In this document: positions 9,110-19,193 of the stretch, one piece after another
Layout: each line of letters starts with the position of its first letter
How positions within the stretch are numbered: the stretch's first letter is position 1
Assembly (NCBI GenBank): GCA_044226515.1
Contig: JBGAGX010000003.1
Location: 65,561 to 129,560 of the forward strand
Length of the DNA: 64,000 nt
Reading direction: 5' to 3'
Origin: Flavobacteriales bacterium
Lineage (GTDB): Bacteria > Bacteroidota > Bacteroidia > Flavobacteriales_F > PHOS-HE28
The notes under the pieces: model-generated
The model's input: the letters and a program-made list of their open reading frames with translations, nothing else
Databases searched by the model: none
Told to the model about the DNA's origin: nothing
Made by a program: the position numbers and the translations under genes

Positions 9110-10780
9110 CTACCTCCCCTTCAGCAGCTCCCTTGCGTTCTCCAGCGCGGCCTGCGTGGTCTTGCGCCCGCTGAGCATCTGGGCCAGCACCTGCACGCGC
9201 TCATCGGCGTTCACCGGACGGATGTGGGTGGTGACGACCTCGGCCGCGTGGTCCTTGCTCACGAGCAGGTGGACGTCGGCCTTGCTGGCGATCTGGGGCA
9301 GGTGCGTGATGGCGATCACCTGGCGCTTGCGGCCCATGGCGGCCATCAGCTCGCCCACGCGGTCGGCCACCTCCCCGCTCACGCCGGTGTCGATCTCGTC
9401 GAAGACCACCGTCGGCAAGCCGAGGCTCTCGGCGCTGAGACCGATGAGGGCGAGCATCACGCGGCTCAGTTCACCACCGCTGGCCACCTTGTCCAGGGGC
9501 TCGGGCGCACGGTCCTTGTTCGCGCTGAAGAGGGCGCGTACGGCATCGATGCCATCGGGCCCCGGCTCCGTGACCTGGTGGGCGATCTCGAAGCGGGCAT
9601 GCGGCATACCCAGCTTCTTCAGTTGCACCACCACCTCTTCGCCCAGACCGGGGATGGCCTTGCGGCGCGCGGTGCTGATGCGCTCCGCGGCCGCGCGCAC
9701 ATGTTGCCGCATGGCGCTCTCCTGCCCTTCCAGCTCGCCGATGCGGCCGGCCAGGGATCCCATGCGGGTGGTGCGCCCGCGCAGGTCCTCGCGCAAGGCC
9801 AGCAGTTCGGCGGTGTCCTTGGCGCGGTGCTTCTGCTGAAGGCGTAACAGGACATCCAGGCGTTCGCGCATGCGTTCGGCCTCGCGTGGCTCGAGCGTTA
9901 CGGCGGTGGCCATGCGTTCGGCCTCATTGCCGATGTCCTTCAGCTCGATGGACACGCTCTGCAGGCGTGTGAGCAGGTCGTTGGCGGCGGCATCATGGCG
10001 GGCGGCGCGGCCGAGCTGCTGGCGCAGTGCGGCGATGGCGTTCAGCAGCCCGTCGTCGCCGCCGATCCCGAGGTCGGTGGCCTGCAGCGCCTGCTGGATC
10101 TCCTCGGCGTGCTCGGCACGCTCCAGGGCTTCCTCCAGCTCCTCCTGCTCCCCTTCCTTCAGCTGGGCCTGGTCAAGCTCATCGAGCTGAAAGGTGAGAT
10201 AGTCCAGTTCGGCGCGGCCGCGGGCCTCCGCTTCGCGCGCACGGGCCAGCTCATCGCTCACGGCCCGCCACGCCCGGAAGTCGGTGCGATAAGCGGCCAC
10301 CGCCTTGGATTGCCCTGCGGCGTGGTCCACCAGTCCCAGCTGGAAGCGCGCATCGTTCAGGAGCAGCGTGTGGTGCTGGCTGTGCACATGGATCAGCCGT
10401 TCGCCGAGCTCGCGCAGTTGTTCGAGCCGCACGGGGGTGTCGTTCACGAAGGCCCGGCTCCGACCTCCGATCCCCGGGCTTGACCCGGGATCCAATTGCC
10501 GCCGGATGATCATCGGCTCCTCGAAGGGTACCCCGGCCGCCTCGCACCACGCCTCCAGAGCGAGGCCCTTGGTGGCCACCTCCAGTTCGATGATGCAGCG
10601 TTGCTGCGGGTCGCGTGCCAGGCCTGCATCGGCCCGCTCACCCATGGCCAGCCCGAGGGCCCCGATGAGGATGCTCTTGCCGCTGCCGGTCTCCCCGGTG
10701 ATGATCGTGAGCCCATCGCCCAGGTCCAGTTCCAGGCGGTCGATGAGCAGGTAGTTGGTGATCGAAAGGCGCTTCAGCAT
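9110..10780 (-). CDS. recN: DNA repair protein RecN
   Basis: MLKRLSITNYLLIDRLELDLGDGLTIITGETGSGKSILIGAL Walker A; SMC-like coiled coil; C-terminal signature. Confidence 0.9.
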   Translation of the reverse strand: MLKRLSITNYLLIDRLELDLGDGLTIITGETGSGKSILIGALGLAMGERADAGLARDPQQRCIIELEVATKGLALEAWCEAAGVPFEEPMIIRRQLDPGSSPGIGGRSRAFVNDTPVRLEQLRELGERLIHVHSQHHTLLLNDARFQLGLVDHAAGQSKAVAAYRTDFRAWRAVSDELARAREAEARGRAELDYLTFQLDELDQAQLKEGEQEELEEALERAEHAEEIQQALQATDLGIGGDDGLLNAIAALRQQLGRAARHDAAANDLLTRLQSVSIELKDIGNEAERMATAVTLEPREAERMRERLDVLLRLQQKHRAKDTAELLALREDLRGRTTRMGSLAGRIGELEGQESAMRQHVRAAAERISTARRKAIPGLGEEVVVQLKKLGMPHARFEIAHQVTEPGPDGIDAVRALFSANKDRAPEPLDKVASGGELSRVMLALIGLSAESLGLPTVVFDEIDTGVSGEVADRVGELMAAMGRKRQVIAITHLPQIASKADVHLLVSKDHAAEVVTTHIRPVNADERVQVLAQMLSGRKTTQAALENARELLKGR

Positions 10781-10863
10781 GTCGACTTCCCCGGCAAGCC
10801 GGTCCGCGCCAAGATAGCCGCGCCGGTGGATGCCTTGAACGAAGGTCGCGCGGAACGGCGGAC

Positions 10864-11760
10864 CTAGTTCGTCTTCATCATGTTCTGGTAGCGCGCGATG
10901 TTCCCCGGGTCGATGACCTGCAGGGTGTTCATCAGCTTCACCTTGTCGCCCGGGTCGGCCGGCTTGAAGACCTCCACGATCTCGTTGCCCTTGGCGTTGA
11001 ACAGCACCTGCATGTTGTAGCTGGCGGGCTTGGCCTGGTGCACGGTCTTCATCTTCTCGATGGCCGCGGTCATGTTCTTGCGGGCGTTGGCCGGGTCGGT
11101 GGCCAGGATGTCCATGCCGTTGATGTGGTAGTTGTAGAGGAACTCCCGGATGGGCCGGAACACGGCCTGCTGCTGGTTCTCCACCAGCCAGTACCGGTTG
11201 CGGGGCTCCTCCACCGAGCGCCAGCCCGGCTCGGCAGCGTTCTGGGCGTTGCTCACGATCTGGCGGGCCACGTTGTAGAACTCCGTACCGCCCATGTTGC
11301 TGTAGGTGTCGGCATCGGCGCCCAGGATGAAGTACGCATAGAAACCGATGATGCTCGCCAGGTTGTTCGTGTACCGGTCCGGCGAGAACTCGATCTGGGT
11401 GTTCTCAAGGAACTGGAACTCCACGAAGTTGTCGAGGATGTCGTAGACCGGGCTCAGGTAGTCGGTGCCGTACACCGGACGGCTGTAGCTCACCTGGAGC
11501 GTGCCCTTGAACCGGTCGGCCGCGGGCTGTTCATTGATGGTGAGCAGGAAGTTCACCTCGATCCGCTCCACCGGCGCGAAGTTCTGGTTGGTCCACCGGC
11601 GCGTGTTCATGAGCTGGGTGATGGCGGTCTCCATGCTCTGCCAGATGCGCTTGGGCGTGCTCTGGATCTGCGGGGCGATGACCTGCACCTTGGCGTTGAA
11701 CTCCTGGGCGAACAGGGGCGACAGGCCGAGGGCGAAGAGGAGGACGAGGGACTTACGCAT
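10864..11760 (-). CDS. DUF4835-family secreted protein (conserved partner of coaBC/recN in Bacteroidota)
   Basis: Signal peptide; about 300 aa; sits between coaBC and recN as in Flavobacteriia/Cytophagia; overlaps the coaBC stop by 8 nt. Confidence 0.55.
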   Translation of the reverse strand: MRKSLVLLFALGLSPLFAQEFNAKVQVIAPQIQSTPKRIWQSMETAITQLMNTRRWTNQNFAPVERIEVNFLLTINEQPAADRFKGTLQVSYSRPVYGTDYLSPVYDILDNFVEFQFLENTQIEFSPDRYTNNLASIIGFYAYFILGADADTYSNMGGTEFYNVARQIVSNAQNAAEPGWRSVEEPRNRYWLVENQQQAVFRPIREFLYNYHINGMDILATDPANARKNMTAAIEKMKTVHQAKPASYNMQVLFNAKGNEIVEVFKPADPGDKVKLMNTLQVIDPGNIARYQNMMKTN

Positions 11761-12967
11761 CGGGGATCAAGGCTTCAACACGGTCCAGGATGCGTTGGGC
11801 GACCTGGGCCTTGCTCATCAACGGCAGCGCTTCGGGATCCGTGTCCCGGCCTAGGAAGGTCACCTGGTTGGTGTCGTGCCCGAAGCCGGCCCCGGCATGG
11901 CGGAGGGAGTTCAGCACCAGCAGGTCCAGGTTCTTGCGCATGAGCTTGCCGCGGGCGTTCTCCAATTCGTTGTCGGTCTCCAGGGCGAACCCCACGAGCA
12001 CCTGGCGCGGGGCCTTGTTGGCGCCCATCCAGGCCAGGATGTCCTCCGTGGGTTCCAAGGTAAGCGCCTCAAGGGTCGTGCCTTTCTTCAGCTTGGCCCC
12101 CGAGGGTGCGGCGGGCCGCCAATCGGCCACCGCGGCGCTGGCGATGGCCATGTCGCAGGCCGGGAACAGCGACTTGCATGCTTCGGCCATCTGGGCGGCG
12201 CTCACCACGTCCGTACGCTGGATGCCAGCCCGGTCCGTGGTGAGGGTCACCGGACCGGTGACCAGTTCCACCCGCGCACCGCGCAGGGCGGCCTCCTCAG
12301 CGATGGCGAAGCCCATCTTCCCGGTGCTGCGGTTGCCGATGTACCGGACCGGATCGATGGCCTCCTGGGTTCCGCCGGCGGTGATCAGCACGGTTCGCCC
12401 GGCCAGTTTCGACGGGCCGATGAGCGCCTGCTGCAGGGCCGCGCAAATATCGTCCGGCTCGGTCATGCGCCCCTCGCCCACCAGACCGCTCGCCAGCTCG
12501 CCCGCGACCGGACCGATGGTGCGCACGCCCCGCTCCCGCAAGGCGGACAGGTTGCCCTGGACGCCGGCGTCGCGCCACATCTCCAGGTCCATGGCGGGGG
12601 CCACGAAGACCGGGCATTCGGCGCTGAGGTAGCAGGCCAGGAGCAGGTTGTCGCACAGCCCGCGGGCCATCTTGCCCAGGGTGTTCGCACTGGCGGGGGC
12701 CACCACCATCGCGTCGGCCCAGCGGGCCAGGTGCACATGGTCGTTCCAGCGGCCGCTGCCGTCGCGCGCGAAGAGGTCGGTGAGCACCGGCCTGCGGCTC
12801 ACGGTGCTCAAGGCCAGGGGCGTGACGAAGTCGTGCGCGGCGGGGGTCATCACCACCTGCACCTCGGCACCGGCCTTCACCAGGGCGCGCACCAAGGCAG
12901 GCGTCTTGTAGGCGGCAATGCCACCGGTCACTCCCAGCAGCACCTTGCGCGGCAGCGCGAAAGCCAT
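11753..12967 (-). CDS. coaBC: Bifunctional phosphopantothenoylcysteine decarboxylase / phosphopantothenate-cysteine ligase
   Basis: Flavoprotein N-domain (VLLGVTGGIAAYKTPALVRAL) plus a CoaB ligase C-domain; start at MAFALPRK. Confidence 0.85.
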   Translation of the reverse strand: MAFALPRKVLLGVTGGIAAYKTPALVRALVKAGAEVQVVMTPAAHDFVTPLALSTVSRRPVLTDLFARDGSGRWNDHVHLARWADAMVVAPASANTLGKMARGLCDNLLLACYLSAECPVFVAPAMDLEMWRDAGVQGNLSALRERGVRTIGPVAGELASGLVGEGRMTEPDDICAALQQALIGPSKLAGRTVLITAGGTQEAIDPVRYIGNRSTGKMGFAIAEEAALRGARVELVTGPVTLTTDRAGIQRTDVVSAAQMAEACKSLFPACDMAIASAAVADWRPAAPSGAKLKKGTTLEALTLEPTEDILAWMGANKAPRQVLVGFALETDNELENARGKLMRKNLDLLVLNSLRHAGAGFGHDTNQVTFLGRDTDPEALPLMSKAQVAQRILDRVEALIPDA

Positions 12968-12998
12968 GATCAGGACCGCGGGCGTCGGGGCCCGGGGA

Positions 12999-13349
12999 TC
13001 ACTTGGATTCGGGGAGCGCGGGGGCACCGCCGTCCTCCGGCCGGCGCAGCACGATGCGGCCTTCCTGGAGCTCCTGGATGGCCAGGGCGCTGGGCTTGGG
13101 CATGCGCTCGTAGTGCTTGCTCAGCTCGATCTGCTCGCGGTTCTCGTAGACCTCCTCGAGGTTCTCACCGGTCACGGCGAACTCCTCCAGCTTCGCGCTC
13201 AGCTCGGTCTTCACCTCGGTGGCGATCTGGTTGGCGCGCTTGCCCAGCAGGCTCACGGTCTCATACACGTTCCCGATCTCCTTGTCCAGTTCGTTCACGT
13301 CACGGGTCACCGTGGTCTTGGCTGCGTTCATGCTGCGTTGGGTGTTCAT
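12999..13349 (-). CDS. rpoZ: DNA-directed RNA polymerase subunit omega
   Basis: 116-aa protein in the conserved bamD-rpoZ-coaBC position; omega-like core (IVLRR near the C-terminus). Confidence 0.65.
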   Translation of the reverse strand: MNTQRSMNAAKTTVTRDVNELDKEIGNVYETVSLLGKRANQIATEVKTELSAKLEEFAVTGENLEEVYENREQIELSKHYERMPKPSALAIQELQEGRIVLRRPEDGGAPALPESK

Positions 13350-14404
13350 GGCGTCGAGGCTTTCTTGGCGTTCCTGGCCGCGATCAGTTCCCGCTTCGCC
13401 TGAAGCGCGTCCGGCATACGCGGACTATCAGGGAATTGGGCCGCAAAGGTATCAAAGAAACGTAGACCGTCCTCGATGGTCACCAGCCGGTTCTCGTTCC
13501 TGCCGTCCTTGGCCAACGGCACGCTCGCCAGCAGGGCGTCGAAGAGGTATTGCTCCCGCAGCCCCTGGAGCTCCTCGCGGTAGGCCTTCACCTGGCCTAC
13601 CGACCGGCTTTCGGGGAAGGCGTCCTCGAACAGGTAGGAGCTCTCCACGGCGGTCTCGGCCCGCTTGGGCCGGCGAATGGCCACACTGCGCATGGCCAGG
13701 TCGTGCTCGGCCTGCACCACCATGAACAACGCGTCCTCCCGATGGGTCGAATTGGGCCATTTCCGCACGAAGTTCTTCAGGGCCACACTGGCGCTCTCGT
13801 AGTTGCGCAGGCGGAAGTACTGCTTGGCGTTCTCGAAGTCCTTCCGCTCCAACTTGCCCCGCAGCCCGTCGATCAGCGCGTTGCAGGTGTCGCGCCGCTC
13901 GGTGTACGGGTAGTAGGCCAGGAACAGCTGGAACTGGTCGATGGCGAGCTCGGTGTCCGTCTGGTCCAGCTCCCACTCCGGGCTGTTCTTGAAGTAGCAC
14001 ATGGCGCTGAGGAAGGTGCACTCCTCGGCGTACTGGCTCGTGGGGAAGGTCTTGGCGTAGTTCTCGAGGTAGTAACCGGCCAGGATGAAGTCCTTCATGC
14101 CGTAGATGGTCATGGCCCTCAGGTAGTTCACCCGTTCGCTTTCGGACCGCCCCCGGGTGAACACCGCGAGCTCTTCCAACAGCGGCAGCGATCGGTCGTA
14201 GTCGTTCTTCGCGAAGTACTTCTCCGCCACCCGCAGCTTGTAGGCGATCACCGTATCGGTGCTGGAGTGGGTGTACTTCATCGCCCGGTTGAACTCGCTG
14301 CAGCCCGGCAGCGCCAGGCCGCCCAGCACCAGGAGAAGCGTCCACAGGCCGAGGAGCACCACCGGAGCGGACCGTCGCAACGGCCGGCCGGCAGGGGAAC
14401 GCAT
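13346..14404 (-). CDS. bamD: Outer membrane protein assembly factor BamD (TPR lipoprotein)
   Basis: Lipoprotein signal ending LALPGCSEF; TPR-like helical repeats; conserved synteny. The track ORF 13346..15850 extends antisense over the neighbouring gene and is trimmed to the in-frame ATG at 14404. Confidence 0.7.
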   Translation of the reverse strand: MRSPAGRPLRRSAPVVLLGLWTLLLVLGGLALPGCSEFNRAMKYTHSSTDTVIAYKLRVAEKYFAKNDYDRSLPLLEELAVFTRGRSESERVNYLRAMTIYGMKDFILAGYYLENYAKTFPTSQYAEECTFLSAMCYFKNSPEWELDQTDTELAIDQFQLFLAYYPYTERRDTCNALIDGLRGKLERKDFENAKQYFRLRNYESASVALKNFVRKWPNSTHREDALFMVVQAEHDLAMRSVAIRRPKRAETAVESSYLFEDAFPESRSVGQVKAYREELQGLREQYLFDALLASVPLAKDGRNENRLVTIEDGLRFFDTFAAQFPDSPRMPDALQAKRELIAARNAKKASTP

Positions 14405-14548
14405 CGGGATCAAGGTCATTTCGGCGGGGCGCAAAGTTATCAACATCCCGCGGGGTGAAGAACGGCGGCGGTCCCGGGCCTCGTATGGGCGGTTGGTTAC
14501 CTTTGCGGCCACCTGCAAGGGAGGCCTCCTCCCGCCATTCAAGCGACC

Positions 14549-15793
14549 ATGAACGACATATTCGACAAGCTCCGCAAGGACCTGGGCCACATCGGCCGCC
14601 ACGCCAAGAACAGCCACGGCTATTTCAGCTTCCCCAAGCTCGAGGGCGAGCTCGGCGCGCACATGACCTTCCGGGGCAAGCCCGTGCTGGTGTGGAGCCT
14701 GAACAACTACCTGGGCCTGGCCAACCACCCGGAAGTGCGGAAGGTGGACGCCGAGGCAGCCGCCGCCTGGGGCATGGCCTACCCCATGGGTGCCCGCATG
14801 ATGAGCGGCCAGACCAAGTACCATGAGGAGCTCGAGGACAAGCTGAGCGAGTTCATGGGCAAGGAGGACACCTTCCTGCTCAACTACGGCTACCAAGGGT
14901 GCATGAGCGCCATTGAGGCGCTCCTCGGCCGCCATGACGTACTGGTGTACGACAGCGAGTGCCACGCCTGCATGATCGACGGCGCCCGCCTGCACATGGG
15001 CAAGCGCTTCGTGTTCCAGCACAACGACATGGCCAGCCTGGACAACATGCTGGAGAAGGCCGCCAAGGTGACCAGGGAGACCGGCGGCGGGATCATGGTG
15101 ATGACCGAGGGCGTGTTCGGCATGGCCGGCGACCAGGGCAAGCTGAAGGAGATCGTGGAGCGCAAGGCGAAATACAACTTCCGGCTGTTCGTGGACGATG
15201 CCCATGGCTTCGGCATGATGGGCAAGGATGGCCGGGGCACCGCAGACGCCCAGGGCGTAATGGACCAGGTGGACGTGTACTTCGGCACCTTCGCCAAGGC
15301 CATGGCCACCATCGGCGCCTTCGTGAGCGGGCCCGAGGACGTGATCATGTACCTGCGCTACAACATGCGCAGCCAGACCTTCGCCAAGAGCCTGCCCATG
15401 CCCATCGTCATCGGCGCCCTCAAGCGCCTGGAGATGATCCGCACGCGCCCCGAGTTCAGCGAAAAGCTCTGGACCATCACCAAGGCCCTGCAGAGCGGCC
15501 TGAAGGAGGCCGGGCTGGACATCGGTGTCACCAACAGCTGCGTGACCCCCGTGATGATGCACGGCAGCATCCCCGAGGCCACCAACGTGGTGCTCGACCT
15601 CCGCGAGAACCACGGCATCTTCTGCAGCATCGTGGTGTACCCCGTGGTGCCGAAGGACACGATCCTGCTGCGCCTCATCCCCACCGCGGTGCACACCCTG
15701 GACGATGTGCAGCGCACCATCAACAGCTTCAAGGAGGTGAAGAAGAAGCTGGAGGCCGGCGCCTACAGGGCCGAACAGGTGGCCACCATCTGA
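14549..15793 (+). CDS. PLP-dependent alpha-oxoamine synthase family enzyme (KBL / BioF / serine-palmitoyltransferase-like)
   Basis: Class-II aminotransferase fold with the conserved PLP-Lys region GTFAKAMATIGAFVSG and full-length similarity to KBL/SPT. Confidence 0.8.
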   Translation: MNDIFDKLRKDLGHIGRHAKNSHGYFSFPKLEGELGAHMTFRGKPVLVWSLNNYLGLANHPEVRKVDAEAAAAWGMAYPMGARMMSGQTKYHEELEDKLSEFMGKEDTFLLNYGYQGCMSAIEALLGRHDVLVYDSECHACMIDGARLHMGKRFVFQHNDMASLDNMLEKAAKVTRETGGGIMVMTEGVFGMAGDQGKLKEIVERKAKYNFRLFVDDAHGFGMMGKDGRGTADAQGVMDQVDVYFGTFAKAMATIGAFVSGPEDVIMYLRYNMRSQTFAKSLPMPIVIGALKRLEMIRTRPEFSEKLWTITKALQSGLKEAGLDIGVTNSCVTPVMMHGSIPEATNVVLDLRENHGIFCSIVVYPVVPKDTILLRLIPTAVHTLDDVQRTINSFKEVKKKLEAGAYRAEQVATI

Positions 15794-15812
15794 TCCCATT
15801 GAACGAGCGGAA

Positions 15813-15841
15813 AGCCCCGGTGATGAGCCGGGGCTTTTCTT
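15813..15841 (+). terminator. Intrinsic terminator after the alpha-oxoamine synthase gene
   Basis: AGCCCCGG-tgatga-GCCGGGGCT hairpin followed by TTTTCTTGT. Confidence 0.6.
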
Positions 15842-15863
15842 GTCGTCCACCTAGCTTCGGGGC

Positions 15864-16181
15864 ATGCTCCTCGTGTTCCAAGGTCGCGGCCGGTTGGTGC
15901 CGGTCACAGGTTTCGCCGCCATCGCGGTGGCCGACCTCGCCGGCCTGCACGACCCGTGCGTGGTGCGGGACCGCTTCGCGCTGAGCGGTCCGGTGGACCG
16001 CTATCTTGGGAACCGGTGGAACAGCGCCGAAGGCCGGCCGCTCGAGGACCTTCTCACGGGCAAGGTGGTGGAGCACCGCAGCGTGCACTCCTTCTTTTGG
16101 GTGTCTATGCAGCATTGGCTTTGGGTGGAGGCGGGCATGGTCATGCTGTTCAACGTCGTGTTCCTGCGCCATGTGGAATGA
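15864..16181 (+). CDS. Hypothetical small protein (105 aa, hydrophobic C-terminus)
   Basis: ATG immediately after the terminator; no recognisable domain; overlaps the next ORF by 11 nt. Confidence 0.3.
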   Translation: MLLVFQGRGRLVPVTGFAAIAVADLAGLHDPCVVRDRFALSGPVDRYLGNRWNSAEGRPLEDLLTGKVVEHRSVHSFFWVSMQHWLWVEAGMVMLFNVVFLRHVE

Positions 16182-16623
16182 CCCCCGCCCCGTGGTTGCC
16201 GCACTGGGGATGCTGCTGTGGACCGGCACCCATGCCCAGATCACGCCCGAGGAGCGGCCGCAAGGGCCTCCGTGCACGCTCTTCGTGCATGGCACCTTCG
16301 ACCTGCGTGGGGACCGACCAGGAAAGGACATCCGCATCGTCCGCCGGGGCAGCAAGCAGATCGAGCATGCACCGGAGGGATACCGGAGCATCACCCGGGT
16401 GAAATGGTTGGACGATTGCACCTACCAACTGTACGATCGACGTGTGAAAGGCGGGTCCGACCCCCATACCGGTCACGTGACGGACACGCTTACCATCCGC
16501 ATCACCGACACCTGGTACCACGGGTACTCCTACCAGGCGACGAGCAACTTCAGCGACCTGGAGCTGATGGGCACCATGGAACTGGTTCAACCCAAGGCCG
16601 GCGGCTTCTCGATCGGGTTCTGA
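16171..16623 (+). CDS. Hypothetical secreted protein (150 aa)
   Basis: In-frame ATG giving MWNDPRPVVAALGMLLWTGTHAQ signal-like N-terminus; the upstream part of track ORF 16006 is Cys/Ser-rich junk. Confidence 0.4.
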   Translation: MWNDPRPVVAALGMLLWTGTHAQITPEERPQGPPCTLFVHGTFDLRGDRPGKDIRIVRRGSKQIEHAPEGYRSITRVKWLDDCTYQLYDRRVKGGSDPHTGHVTDTLTIRITDTWYHGYSYQATSNFSDLELMGTMELVQPKAGGFSIGF

Positions 16624-17642
16624 GGCGAGGAGGTGCGCACACGCAACCGTTGCGACCACTGCAGGGCGGGGCGCTCCACCCAGCGGTTGAACAGGTCGGC
16701 CACGATCAAGGCGAGCGCCACATACACCACGAGCATCACATACTTCCCCCACGCCTCGGTGTGGATGGGCAGCACGCGCTTCAGCACCGCCTCGCTGAAA
16801 TACGCCGTGGGCACATGCGTGATGTACAGGCTGAAGGAGACCTTGCCCAACCAGCGCAGCGGTGCCGCGTGGATCGGTGGCCGGAAGTGGATCGCTCCTG
16901 CGGTGAGCACCGCCGGAAGCACGAAGATGGGGTCGTGTTCGTACCAGGCCGCCGTACAGGCCGCCGCGCTCACCACCAGGTGTCCGGCACGGTCCAGGTA
17001 TCCCCCATGATACAGGAACAGGGCCAGGCCCAGGGTGAAGTAGCAGCCGTAGCGGAAATAGGAATAGGTCGGAAGGAGCCCGATGGCCAAGGCGCTCAAC
17101 AGGAGCGCCACGTTGAGCCAGGGGCTTCGCCGCGCAACGAGCAAGGGGAGCAACAGCCCGATGAAGAAGTAGAACTGGAACTCCAGCCCCAGTGTCCAAT
17201 ACACGAAGTTGTAGTAAAGGGAGTCCAGGTATTCCGCGCAGAAGAAGATGTTCCCCACCCAGGCCTCGATCCCCAGTCCGGGCCAATCCACACTGCCGAT
17301 CACCGGATGCCCACGGGTGATGATGCTGATCCCTTGGTACAGCACGCAGGCCAGCATGGCCACGTAGGCCGGCGGAGCGATGCGCACATACCGCCGCAGC
17401 ATGAAGTCGGGAAGGTCGTTCCATCCGTAGCCACGCCGCACCATGGCGAACGGGATCACGAAGCCGGAGATCACGAAGAAGATCTGCACACCGCTCTTGC
17501 CGATGGAGAGCGGGGCGGCCAGTGCGTTGGGAAGCACCGTGGGCAGCACGGAACCGCTGTAATGGAAGAGCATCACCAGCAGGGCGGCGATGCCCCGCAG
17601 CGGGTCCAGGATGTCGATGTGCCGGAGGCTCTTGTTCTGCAC
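16587..17642 (-). CDS. Acyltransferase family 3 membrane protein (OafA/NolL-like O-acyltransferase)
   Basis: About 10 predicted TM helices; DPLRGIAALLV ... FFVISGF motifs of acyltransferase_3. Confidence 0.75.
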   Translation of the reverse strand: MQNKSLRHIDILDPLRGIAALLVMLFHYSGSVLPTVLPNALAAPLSIGKSGVQIFFVISGFVIPFAMVRRGYGWNDLPDFMLRRYVRIAPPAYVAMLACVLYQGISIITRGHPVIGSVDWPGLGIEAWVGNIFFCAEYLDSLYYNFVYWTLGLEFQFYFFIGLLLPLLVARRSPWLNVALLLSALAIGLLPTYSYFRYGCYFTLGLALFLYHGGYLDRAGHLVVSAAACTAAWYEHDPIFVLPAVLTAGAIHFRPPIHAAPLRWLGKVSFSLYITHVPTAYFSEAVLKRVLPIHTEAWGKYVMLVVYVALALIVADLFNRWVERPALQWSQRLRVRTSSPQNPIEKPPALG

Positions 17643-17956
17643 GGCTTAGGCGCGGCGAAGATGACCAACTTCCGCATCACCTTCGAGCTCCGATCCGCTC
17701 CCACGGCCCGTTCCCACCGGTGAACCTGCTTGCCAAGGAGACGCACGGTGCTGTGCATGGTTGCGGGTGCGTTCCACTTCGGACCTCAGCTTCCGGCGAC
17801 ATATGCGATGCCGTTGCATGGTGCTTATCAGTGCGCTCACGGCCAACGGGGCTTTCGGCACATCACAGCCCGGGCTCACCTGCCCTGGTGGGCGCTGGGG
17901 CGACCCTTTGGTGGTTCGCCCCCACCCCGTTGCTGAACGCCACTGCACCGCGGTGA

Positions 17957-19162
17957 TCACCCCAGCATACCAGCGATCCGCCCGGTGGTCCAGGCCGCCT
18001 GGAAGTTGAAGCCCCCTGTGATGCCGTCGATGTCGAGCACTTCGCCTGCGAAATAGAGCCCGGGTACCAGCCGGCTCCGCATGGTCGAAGGGTCCACCTC
18101 CTCCAGGGACACACCTCCGGCCGTGACGAACTCGTCCTTGAAGGTGGTCTTGCCGCGGGCCTCATAGGCGTCGTTCACCAAGGTGTTCACCAGGCGGTTC
18201 AGGCCCTTGCGGTCCATTGTGCCGCAGGTCGCCCCGGGTCCGATCCCCGCCCTGGCCAGCAGGAATTCCCAGAGGCGGGCCGGCAGCAGGTAGGGACAGG
18301 CGTTCTTCATCTTCCGCTCGGCATGGTGATCCCGCAGGTCGCGGAGCTGTTCGCGAACCGCTTCCTCGCCCGCCCCGCCGGTCCAGTTCACGTTGACGGT
18401 GAAGTGGTACGCGCGGTCGTGCAGGGCGCGTGCACCCCAAGCGCTGAGGCGGAGCACGGCGGGGCCACTGAACCCCCAATGCGTTACCAGCAGCGGTCCG
18501 GTGCTCTCAAGCTTGCTTCCCGCGATGCGCACATGGACCCGCTCGGCCACCACCCCCATCAGCTCCCGCACGGGATCACCCGGCAGGTTGAAGGTGAACA
18601 GGGAGGGGACCGGCTCCACGATCGTATGCCCGAGCCCGGCCAGCCATTGGAACCCTTCGCGCTTGGGACTCCCCCCGGTGGCCACGATCACCCGGTCGGC
18701 ACGTTCATGGCCGCCTGTGGTGCGCAGGCCGAGCCCTTGTTCCATCCGCTCCATGGCCAGCACGCCCATCCTTGTCCGCACCTGCACCCCGCTGCGCTGG
18801 GCGGCACCCAACAGGGCATCGATGATGGTGGCGGATGAATCGGAGGCCGGGAACATGCGGCCATCGGGCTCGGTCTTCAGCGCTACACCCTCCTCGGCGA
18901 ACCAACGCACCGTGTCGGCCACGGTCCATAGCCCGAAGGCTTTCCGCAGGAACCGCTCGCCGCGCGGGTAGTGCCGGGCCAGCTCCTTGTTGTTGGTGCA
19001 GGCATGGGTCACGTTGCAGCGCCCTCCCCCGCTGATCCGCACCTTGGCCAGAAGCTTGTCGCTCTTCTCCAACACCGTGACCCTGGCCGCGGGGTGGTGC
19101 TCCTTCGCGCTGATGGCCGCGAAGAAACCCGCCGCGCCGCCGCCGATCACCACCACGTGCAT
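17957..19162 (-). CDS. NAD(P)/FAD-dependent oxidoreductase, BaiN/HI0933 family
   Basis: MHVVVIGGGAAGFFAAI dinucleotide-binding motif; RISGGGRCNVTH signature of HI0933-like flavoproteins. Confidence 0.75.
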   Translation of the reverse strand: MHVVVIGGGAAGFFAAISAKEHHPAARVTVLEKSDKLLAKVRISGGGRCNVTHACTNNKELARHYPRGERFLRKAFGLWTVADTVRWFAEEGVALKTEPDGRMFPASDSSATIIDALLGAAQRSGVQVRTRMGVLAMERMEQGLGLRTTGGHERADRVIVATGGSPKREGFQWLAGLGHTIVEPVPSLFTFNLPGDPVRELMGVVAERVHVRIAGSKLESTGPLLVTHWGFSGPAVLRLSAWGARALHDRAYHFTVNVNWTGGAGEEAVREQLRDLRDHHAERKMKNACPYLLPARLWEFLLARAGIGPGATCGTMDRKGLNRLVNTLVNDAYEARGKTTFKDEFVTAGGVSLEEVDPSTMRSRLVPGLYFAGEVLDIDGITGGFNFQAAWTTGRIAGMLG

Positions 19163-19193
19163 GGTGCAAAGGTGGTGGTCTACCTTTGACGCG

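Noticed and set aside
14405-15850. Upstream 482 codons of the 834-aa minus ORF 13346..15850
   Set aside because: They run antisense through the well-supported alpha-oxoamine synthase gene. BamD homology and a lipoprotein signal begin at the in-frame ATG at 14404
17643-17956. 314-bp GC-rich gap between the acyltransferase and BaiN-like genes as a possible structured ncRNA
   Set aside because: No recognisable riboswitch, RNase P, tmRNA or SRP hallmarks and no terminator. A family cannot be assigned without a covariance-model search
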